Position numbers and translations under genes: made by a program
Shown: one piece after another, positions 9,014 through 15,526 of the stretch
Position numbering within the stretch: the first letter of the stretch is position 1
How the letters are laid out: each line of letters starts with the position of its first letter
The notes under the pieces: generated by a model
What the model was told of the DNA's origin: nothing
Seen by the model: only the letters and a program-made list of their open reading frames with translations
The model's database searches: none
From: Limnochordales bacterium
Lineage (GTDB): Bacteria > Bacillota > Limnochordia > Limnochordales > Geochordaceae
Reading direction: 5' to 3'
Assembly: GCA_036562495.1 (NCBI GenBank)
Contig: DATCKA010000068.1
Span: forward strand, 1-32,000
DNA length: 32,000 nucleotides

Positions 9014-9789
9014 CGCATCAACCCTCGCCGTCGCTCCTCCATAAACCGCAACAGCTCCTGCACCTCGTCGAAGCGGCCGATCTGACCGGCGATGCGCTCC
9101 AGGGCCTCCTGCAGACGCAGGCCGCTGGCGTAGATCCACTCGAAGGCCTGCGAGACCGCCTCGATGGCCTCGGGCGACGCGCCCCAGCTCTCGAGCCCCT
9201 CGCGGTGGAAGCCCAGGATCTCCGCCGGGCTCCCGCCGGCCCGAGCGAAGGGCGGCACGTCGCGGGTCACCGTGGCATGACTCTCGATGTACGCCAGTCG
9301 GCCGACGTGGGTGAACTGGTGGACCCCCGTCATGGCCCCGATGACGGCCCCGTCACCGATGACGCTGTGGCCCCCCAGCGCGCTGCCCGCCCCCAGCCGC
9401 ACCCGGTCCCCTACCCGGCAGTCGTGGCCGATGTGGGCCCCGTCCTCGATGATGCACCCATCGCCCACCGAGGTGACGCCGCCACCGCCCGGTGTGCCGC
9501 GGTGGAGCACCGCGTGGCTCCCGATGCGGTTGCCCTCGCCCAGCACGAGTTGGGTCGGCTCACCTGCATAGCGCACGTCCTGAGGCTGGCCGCCCAGCAC
9601 CGCGCCGATACCGACGTGGTTGTGGGGCCCCAGCCGGGTACCACCGTGGATGACGGCGAAGGCCTCGATGACGCACCCGGCTCCTATCTCGGCACCGGCT
9701 CCGATGAAGGCAAAGGGGCCGACCACGACGTCCGGCCCCACGCGTGCGCCCGGCTCTACGACGGCCGCTGGGTGAAGGCTTGTCCTCAA
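9010..9789 (-). CDS. lpxA: Acyl-ACP--UDP-GlcNAc O-acyltransferase LpxA
   Basis: Left-handed beta-helix hexapeptide repeats, QDVRYAGEPTQLVLGEGNRIGSHAVLHRGT, GHDCRVGD, and VHQFTHVGRLAYI. 259 aa counted from TTG 9789..9787, which forms a TTGA overlap with the fabZ stop. The ATG at 9846 in the track would overlap fabZ by 61 nt. Confidence 0.9.
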   Translation of the reverse strand: MRTSLHPAAVVEPGARVGPDVVVGPFAFIGAGAEIGAGCVIEAFAVIHGGTRLGPHNHVGIGAVLGGQPQDVRYAGEPTQLVLGEGNRIGSHAVLHRGTPGGGGVTSVGDGCIIEDGAHIGHDCRVGDRVRLGAGSALGGHSVIGDGAVIGAMTGVHQFTHVGRLAYIESHATVTRDVPPFARAGGSPAEILGFHREGLESWGASPEAIEAVSQAFEWIYASGLRLQEALERIAGQIGRFDEVQELLRFMEERRRGLMR

Positions 9790-10235
9790 GGCTTCGACTC
9801 GCCTCCCTGCGCGGGCGCCGCAGCGAAGAGGAACGTGGCCTCGCATGCCACCTCGTCGCCCACCAGCGCTCGTGCCTCGACCATACCGGTGGAGGAGCGG
9901 ATGCGCTTGGCGCTCGCCTCCAGCCGCAGGGTGTCGCCCGGGACCACCGTGCGTCGGAAGCGGGCCCCGTCGATCCCCGCCAGTAGCGGCACTTTGCCGA
10001 GCTGCGCCACATACGGGTAGAGCATGACGGCAGCCGCCTGGGCCAGGGCCTCCAGCATCAGCACGCCGGGCATCAGCGGACGCCCGGGGTAGTGGCCCGC
10101 GAAGAAGGGCTCGTTGATGGTGACATTCTTGATGGCCACCACCCGCTGCCCCTCCTCCAGCTCCAGCACCCGATCCACCAGCAGAAAAGGATAACGATGC
10201 GGGATACGGCGCCAGATCTCAACGATGTCCAGCAT
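9786..10235 (-). CDS. fabZ: 3-hydroxyacyl-ACP dehydratase FabZ
   Basis: IPHRYPFLLVDRVLELEEG, NEPFFAGHYPGRPLMPGVLMLEALAQ, 149 aa. A strong SD run, GGAGGGGAAGGAAGG, lies 5 nt upstream of ATG 10235. Confidence 0.95.
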   Translation of the reverse strand: MLDIVEIWRRIPHRYPFLLVDRVLELEEGQRVVAIKNVTINEPFFAGHYPGRPLMPGVLMLEALAQAAAVMLYPYVAQLGKVPLLAGIDGARFRRTVVPGDTLRLEASAKRIRSSTGMVEARALVGDEVACEATFLFAAAPAQGGESKP

Positions 10236-11106
10236 CGGTGCCTTCCTTCCCCTCCGTGCCCTCGAGCACCTTCTCCATGGCCTCCACCAGGCGCGCCGTC
10301 AGCGCGTGGTTGCCCCGCACCGCCACCACTCGGGCGGCCAGGGGACCGGCGAGGGCCAGGTCGCCGATCAGGTCCAGGAGCTTGTGCCGTGCCACCTCGT
10401 CAGGCAGGCGAAAGCCCCCCACGGGGCCATCATCGGCGATGAGCAGGACGTTGTCGAGGCTTCCACCCAGCCCCAGCCCCTGTGCCTTGAGGCGCGCCAC
10501 CTCCGCCGCGAAGGCGACGGTGCGGGCCGGGGCGATCTCGTGGCGAAAGGTCTCGGGCGTGACGGTCAGCTCCGCGAACTGGTCCCCCAGCCCGGGGTGG
10601 TCGCTGATGAAGGCGAAGCTGAGCCGGAGATCGCGCCACGGCATCGCGGCCACGAAGCGGTCGGCGTCGCCCACCCACACCGCCCGGGAGAGCCGCCGCA
10701 GCCGCCGGGGGGCCGCCTGCTCGACGAGGCCGGCCCGATCCAGCGCCTCCACCCACCCGAGCGCGCTGCCGTCCAGGATGGGCAGCTCGGGCCCTCGCAC
10801 CTCGATGCGGACGTTGTCGACCCCCAGCGCCATCAGGGTCGCCAGCAGGTGCTCCACCGTCATCACCGTGACGCCGTCGACCCCGAGGGCCGTGCAGCGT
10901 GGCGTGTCGACCCGGTGCCGCACCGAGACCGGGATCACGGCCGGGGGGTCGACGTCGGTACGGACCAGCGACCAGCCGTGGTCCTCCGGCGCCGGCGAGA
11001 GCCGCACTTCCGTCGAGATGCCGGTGTGAAGCCCGACGCCCTGCAATGTCACCGCCGAGGCCAGGGTCCGCTGACGCGGACGGCCTTCGGACGCTGCCGA
11101 AGCCAT
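10219..11106 (-). CDS. lpxC: UDP-3-O-acyl-GlcNAc deacetylase LpxC
   Basis: RQRTLASAVTLQGVGLHTG, TVMTVEHLLATLMALGVDN, ELPILDGSA, HKLLDLIGDLAL, 295 aa. A GAGAGG SD-like run lies 9 nt upstream of ATG 11106. Confidence 0.95.
   Translation of the reverse strand: MASAASEGRPRQRTLASAVTLQGVGLHTGISTEVRLSPAPEDHGWSLVRTDVDPPAVIPVSVRHRVDTPRCTALGVDGVTVMTVEHLLATLMALGVDNVRIEVRGPELPILDGSALGWVEALDRAGLVEQAAPRRLRRLSRAVWVGDADRFVAAMPWRDLRLSFAFISDHPGLGDQFAELTVTPETFRHEIAPARTVAFAAEVARLKAQGLGLGGSLDNVLLIADDGPVGGFRLPDEVARHKLLDLIGDLALAGPLAARVVAVRGNHALTARLVEAMEKVLEGTEGKEGTDAGHR
10241..10255 (-). promoter_or_regulatory. Shine-Dalgarno run for fabZ embedded in the 3' end of lpxC (GGAGGGGAAGGAAGG)
   Basis: The reverse complement of 10241-10255 is GGAGGGGAAGGAAGG, 5 nt upstream of ATG 10235. 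Confidence 0.55.
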
Positions 11107-11119
11107 GCGCCGTCGCCTC

Positions 11120-14077
11120 TCATGCCACGGCCAGTCGGGCGAGGCGGCGGCCCACCTCGGAGGTCGGCCGGGCCAGCACGCGAGCCGGCGGGCCGGACTC
11201 CACCACCTGGCCCCGGTCCATCAGGATGAGCCGGTCCCCGACCCGCGCCGTGAAGCCGGGTTGATGGGTGACGACCAGCATGGTGGTTCTGAGGCGCCCA
11301 ATCAGTTCCTCCATCAGTTGGAGGAGGTCGGCCGCCAGCATCGGGTCCAGGTGAGAGGTGGGCTCGTCCCACAGCACCACCGACGGTTGCGCCGCCAGGG
11401 CGCGGGCGATGGCCACCCGCTGGCCCTCCCCGCCGGACAGCTCGGCAGGCCGCCTGTCCAGGTGCCGCCCCAGCTCCAGGGCCGACAGCCACATGGCCGC
11501 TCGCTCGTAGGCCTCGGGCCAGGGGATGCCCGCCGAGGCCGCTCCCAGGGCGGTATTCTCGAGCACCGAGAGGTGCCCGACGAGCTGGGGCCGCTGGAAG
11601 ACCATCGCGACGCGTGCGGCCAGATCGCGCCGGCGCGCCTCCGGCAGCGCCCAGAGGTCCTCCCCCTCGATCCTCACCCTGCCGGCATCCGGCTGGATCA
11701 GGCCCTTGAGGCACCGCAGCAGCGTCGACTTTCCGCAGCCGCTGGGGCCCATCAGGATCACCGTCTCGCCTCGTGCCACCGACAGCGAGACGCCGTCGAG
11801 CACGGGTCGGCCGCCGAAGTGCCGCACCAGGCCCTCGGCCTCCAGCACGACGGGGCCCCGCTCGGCAGCCTCCGTCGGCTCGTGGACGCCCGCCCGGCGC
11901 CGCTCCTCGATGCTGGCGGTCAGGGCGGCCGTCCGGCTCTCGTCACCCGCGGCCTCGGTCGCGGCCGACGCCGGTGCGCGGGGCGGCCTGCGGCTCGCCG
12001 TCAACGCCAGCAGCCACGGCCGCACCGAAGGGGCCACCACGCCCTCCAGGATGGCCCCGGCCTCCATCCCCATGGCCAGCGCCGCCTCGACCGCGTCGGC
12101 ATCCACGGGAGCCAGCCGGGGGCCCCATCGCCCGGCGACGAGCCCGGCAGCGACGCCGACGCCGGCCAGGACCAGCAGGATGAGTACCTCTTGCACGCCC
12201 AGGGCCAGCACCCCGGCGCCAAGGGCCAGCAGACCGCCGACCAGAGCGCCGAGGGCTGCGACCCGCCAGGCATCACGCGACAGCCGCCCGGCCCGTCCTC
12301 GGCGCGCCGTCTGCACCAGGGCCGCCACGGCCGCTCCGTCGTTGAAGAGAGTCCAAAGCACCAGGGCTCCCATCGCCAGGGCAGCTCCCACCACCCCGGC
12401 GCGCTGGGCCACCCGCATGACGGCCGCCCGAGCGCTGGGCGAAGCCACGGCTGCCGGAGAGACGTAGACCCGGCTCTCGTCCAGCTGCAGGGCCCTGCCC
12501 ACCACGCCGCCGATGGCTGAGGGCGACGGGAAGCGCTCCCCTCGCAGCACCAGTTCGACCCCCGCGGCCGCCGCCAGGGGGTCGGCCCCCGCCTGCTGGA
12601 GCACGTGCAGGGCCGATGCGATCTCGGTGCCGCCCAGTCGCGGCAGGCTCTCTCGCAAAGAGCGGACGCTGGCCTGCACCGCGGGCAGGTCGCCCTGTCG
12701 GTACTCGCGCAGCTGCTCCTGCAAGCGATCGAGCTGCTGGCGCAGCGAGGCCACGTAGTCCACGGCCTGCTGGGGCGCGTCGCCGGCCTCCCCGCCCAGC
12801 AGCATGCTCAACCCCAGGGCCAACAGCGTGTCGCGCAACGGATCCGATGCAGTGGACGCCAGTTGCTGCAGGTCGTTCAGCATCCGCTCGAGACGTCCGG
12901 CTGCCTGCTCCAGGCCGTCCACGGCCACCCGGGCCGCGTCCAGGGCCTCCTGTCCGGCGCTGCCCAGGGTCTGGAGGCGAGCCAGGAGCTCTTCGCTCTG
13001 GCGCAGGGCCGCGTCGATGCGGGCCTGTCCGCCGTCGACGATCCCCTGGCCGACCTGCTGACCCGAGGGCCGGCGGACGGGCAGCTCCTGCCCCAGCGTC
13101 GGACTCAGCTGGTCGCTGGTCAGCGCCTCGTCGGATAGGACGGCCAGCCAGTGCTCCCCCGCCTGGGCTACGATGCGCGCCGGCCAGTCGCCGACCAGTA
13201 CCTGCTCGCCCTCGTGCAGGGGCGGATCGAGCCCGGCGGAGGGCTCGACGCGCGCCAGGGTGGCATAGGCGAAGAAGAAGTCGCGCATGCGGCCCACCCA
13301 CCGGGCGGCCTCGGCCCCATCCCCCTCGGAGGCGGGAGCTGCCTCCACGACGGTGACGGGCCAGGAGGCCTCGGTGACGGCCTGGGCGGCGCGACGTGCC
13401 GACTCCCGGTCGACCACCTGTCCCGGGGTGGTGATCCGCACCACCCGGTAGCGGTCCAGGTACGCCTCCAGCGCATCCTCGAAGCCATCGAGGCCGGCCG
13501 CATCCGACAGCACGACGACCCGGTCCGACCCGTGGACGAAGGAGAAGGCCACTTCAGGCCGACCGCTCAGCCACCCCTCCAGGTCGTCCGCCAGAGCCGG
13601 GTGGAGGCGGCTGATGACGATGGCCGGCTCGACCAGGGGCACCCACGACACGTACCCCGGCAATGACGGCAGCTCCTGCTCCAGTCGCTCGAAGGCGGAC
13701 GCTCCCCGCCACCTGGGCGAGAGGGAGACCAGGAGCACGGTGCTGCCAGCCGCCGACGGGCCCTCCTGGACGGCCGCCCCGGGAAAGGTGCGTCGCAGCA
13801 GGTCGTCGACGGCCGCCAAGGCCTCTCGCCGGCGGTCGTGGTGCACCTGCACCAGCAGGTCGAAGCGGCCCGCCTCGCCCACGGTGGCATCCACCGTGGA
13901 GGAGAGGAGTCGCTCCATGGCCCATCCGACGGCGCGGCCGCTGGAGGCGCAGGCGACGACGGCCACCAGCAACCATACCGTCAACCTGTAGACGAGGCGA
14001 CCGGCCCGGGTGCGGGCCGCGCCTCGCGGCTCGAAGTGCAAGCGGCGTGGCCTCTCCTTTCCCGATCCGGACCGCAC
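11120..14077 (-). CDS. Fused membrane protein: N-terminal signal-anchor, ~500-aa ectodomain with coiled coil, C-terminal TM bundle and C-terminal ABC ATPase domain. Function unknown.
   Basis: One uninterrupted frame with protein-like composition throughout. TM1 is LTVWLLVAVVACASS. Hydrophobic segments follow at VVGAALAMGALVLWTLF, VAALGALVGGLLALGAGVLALGV and VLILLVLAGVGVAAGLVAG. The NBD carries GPSGCGKSTLLRCL, MVFQRPQL, LSGGEGQRVAIARAL, VLWDEPTSHLDP and VVTHQ. The likely true start is TTG 14041..14039, preceded by AAGGAGAGG 9 nt upstream. GTG 14077 is the longest-ORF start. Confidence 0.8.
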   Translation of the reverse strand: MRSGSGKERPRRLHFEPRGAARTRAGRLVYRLTVWLLVAVVACASSGRAVGWAMERLLSSTVDATVGEAGRFDLLVQVHHDRRREALAAVDDLLRRTFPGAAVQEGPSAAGSTVLLVSLSPRWRGASAFERLEQELPSLPGYVSWVPLVEPAIVISRLHPALADDLEGWLSGRPEVAFSFVHGSDRVVVLSDAAGLDGFEDALEAYLDRYRVVRITTPGQVVDRESARRAAQAVTEASWPVTVVEAAPASEGDGAEAARWVGRMRDFFFAYATLARVEPSAGLDPPLHEGEQVLVGDWPARIVAQAGEHWLAVLSDEALTSDQLSPTLGQELPVRRPSGQQVGQGIVDGGQARIDAALRQSEELLARLQTLGSAGQEALDAARVAVDGLEQAAGRLERMLNDLQQLASTASDPLRDTLLALGLSMLLGGEAGDAPQQAVDYVASLRQQLDRLQEQLREYRQGDLPAVQASVRSLRESLPRLGGTEIASALHVLQQAGADPLAAAAGVELVLRGERFPSPSAIGGVVGRALQLDESRVYVSPAAVASPSARAAVMRVAQRAGVVGAALAMGALVLWTLFNDGAAVAALVQTARRGRAGRLSRDAWRVAALGALVGGLLALGAGVLALGVQEVLILLVLAGVGVAAGLVAGRWGPRLAPVDADAVEAALAMGMEAGAILEGVVAPSVRPWLLALTASRRPPRAPASAATEAAGDESRTAALTASIEERRRAGVHEPTEAAERGPVVLEAEGLVRHFGGRPVLDGVSLSVARGETVILMGPSGCGKSTLLRCLKGLIQPDAGRVRIEGEDLWALPEARRRDLAARVAMVFQRPQLVGHLSVLENTALGAASAGIPWPEAYERAAMWLSALELGRHLDRRPAELSGGEGQRVAIARALAAQPSVVLWDEPTSHLDPMLAADLLQLMEELIGRLRTTMLVVTHQPGFTARVGDRLILMDRGQVVESGPPARVLARPTSEVGRRLARLAVA
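14051..14059 (-). promoter_or_regulatory. Shine-Dalgarno-like site (AAGGAGAGG) for the fused ABC protein, pointing to TTG 14041 as the start
   Basis: The plus-strand sequence cctctcctt at 14051-14059 reverse-complements to AAGGAGAGG, 9 nt upstream of the in-frame TTG 14041..14039. Confidence 0.45.
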
Positions 14078-14126
14078 TATACCATCGCGACGCAGCCGGC
14101 CGGGGAAGGAGTTGCTGGGCCGCCCG

Positions 14127-14876
14127 CTACGGCGTGCCGGTTTCGGAGGGTGACGGGGATGCTTCCTGGACCTGCTGGATCTCCGCCGGCCCGTACAACG
14201 TCAGCTCGTCGTTGTCGACGCGGTACTCCACGCGGGATGCCCGCGCCAGTCGGAAGTCGTCGAGCCGGGCCTGTACCGTCGACTGCGGTGAGGCCATCAC
14301 GATGTGCCCGGCCTGGCGGTCGTAGCGAAGGGTCTCGGCCGCGGCCCAGAGGCTCGGCTCCGCCTGGGTGAGCTCGACGCCGCCCTCGGCCGTCAGGATG
14401 CCGCCCGCGTCGTCCACCTCGATGGTGGGCGCCGTGACCACCCTCAACGGGGCTCCGTCGGTCGCGGCCTGCTGGGGCAGCTGCTCCAGGCGCGCAGCCC
14501 CGGTCAGCACGAGCCGGCGCTGGGCATACCAGATCCGGACCTGGTCGGCCCGGGCGCGCAGCTCGGGGCCCGTCATCCGCACGCTGCCCGACAGGTGCAC
14601 CGTCTCCTCTTCGGGATCCCACTCCAGCCGGTCGGCCTCGGCTCGCCACCCCTGCCACTCGGCCAGGACCCGCCCCCCGGCGGGGCTGAAGATCCACCGG
14701 CGAACCCCGGGATCCCACCGGCCGCTGGGTGCGTCGTCCGGGATGCCCACGACGCTGATGCGCACCGGAGATGGAGAGGCGGCCTGGCCCGGATGGGCGA
14801 CCGCCACGACCAGGTTCATCGCCAGCATGGCCGCACCCAGCAGGGGCCACCATCGGGCATGTCTTGGCGATCTCAA
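14127..14876 (-). CDS. lptA: LptA/OstA-like periplasmic LPS-transport protein
   Basis: 249 aa counted from TTG 14876..14874, which forms a TTGA overlap with the upstream stop. Signal peptide WWPLLGAAMLAMNLVVAVAHPGQA, followed by repetitive beta-strand OstA-type sequence (VHLSGSVRMTG...ADQVRIWYAQRRLVLTGAARLEQ...LTAEGGVELTQ...). It sits next to the lptC-like gene and lptD. The assignment rests on pattern and context only. Confidence 0.55.
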   Translation of the reverse strand: MRSPRHARWWPLLGAAMLAMNLVVAVAHPGQAASPSPVRISVVGIPDDAPSGRWDPGVRRWIFSPAGGRVLAEWQGWRAEADRLEWDPEEETVHLSGSVRMTGPELRARADQVRIWYAQRRLVLTGAARLEQLPQQAATDGAPLRVVTAPTIEVDDAGGILTAEGGVELTQAEPSLWAAAETLRYDRQAGHIVMASPQSTVQARLDDFRLARASRVEYRVDNDELTLYGPAEIQQVQEASPSPSETGTP

Positions 14877-15526
14877 CGCGTCGCATCCCCTTCCAAGCGC
14901 ACCGGGCCCAGCAGCCGGATCTCGCCGCTGTCGGGCAGGTACTCCACGGACTCGGCCCGGGCCTTCAGGCCCCGGCCCGTCGAGTCGTCGAGGCGCACCC
15001 CGCCCGAGAGACGGATGACCCCTGCCGCCACGTCGACCTCCAGCAACGGCGCCTCGACGATGGCGGTGTCGTAACGCAGGGCGTTGGGCCCGGCGGAGGT
15101 GAGCCGCTGACGCTGGGCGTCCCACACCAGGTCCTGGCTGTGCAACACCGCCCCGCCCGGGTGTGTCAGCGTGTAGCGCCCGTGCAACAGCAGCCGACCG
15201 GCGTCGGGCTCCCACCGTCCGCCGTCGCCCTCGAAGCGCAAGAACAGTGCACCGGCCCGGTAGAAGGCGCCATCCTGCACGGCGGTGAAGGCCACGTCGT
15301 CAGAGGCGGCGGGCATCTCGATGCTTTGGGCCCGGAGCTCCCATTGGAGCTGGCCCCGGTGCCGGCCCACCAGATGCACCTCGTGCGTGCGGATGCCGGG
15401 GACCGGGCCCTGCTCCTCGCTGGCGGGGACGGAGGCGGCGCGCCGGTCCAGGAGCCACCACCCGGCGCCCGTTGCGACGAGCGCCGTCGCCACCAGCACC
15501 GCGGCGATCCACCCTCGGTCCCTCAT
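14873..15526 (-). CDS. lptC: LptC-like membrane-anchored LPS-transport protein
   Basis: 217 aa from ATG 15526..15524 (ATGA overlap with the lptD stop). Single N-terminal TM segment WIAAVLVATALVATGAGWWLL, then beta-rich OstA-like sequence. It lies between lptD and the lptA-like gene. The assignment rests on architecture and context. Confidence 0.5.
   Translation of the reverse strand: MRDRGWIAAVLVATALVATGAGWWLLDRRAASVPASEEQGPVPGIRTHEVHLVGRHRGQLQWELRAQSIEMPAASDDVAFTAVQDGAFYRAGALFLRFEGDGGRWEPDAGRLLLHGRYTLTHPGGAVLHSQDLVWDAQRQRLTSAGPNALRYDTAIVEAPLLEVDVAAGVIRLSGGVRLDDSTGRGLKARAESVEYLPDSGEIRLLGPVRLEGDATR

Noticed and set aside
2260-9139. N-terminal extensions of track ORFs 2260..3483, 4008..6233, 5750..7645 and 8141..9139
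   Set aside because: Each extension overlaps the conserved 3' end of the upstream gene in a different frame and is Arg/Gly/Pro-rich. In each case a GTG, ATG or TTG forming a 4-nt overlap with the upstream stop gives a protein of the canonical family length. The same logic was applied to 14127..15215 and 20579..21790.
12273-14886. Alternative-frame minus-strand ORFs, for example 12273..13301 (342 aa), 13554..13976 and 14077..14886 (269 aa)
   Set aside because: They are nested in other frames of the fused ABC gene or the lptA-like gene. Their translations are dominated by R/G/P/A runs with no motifs, so I judged them to be GC-driven artefacts.
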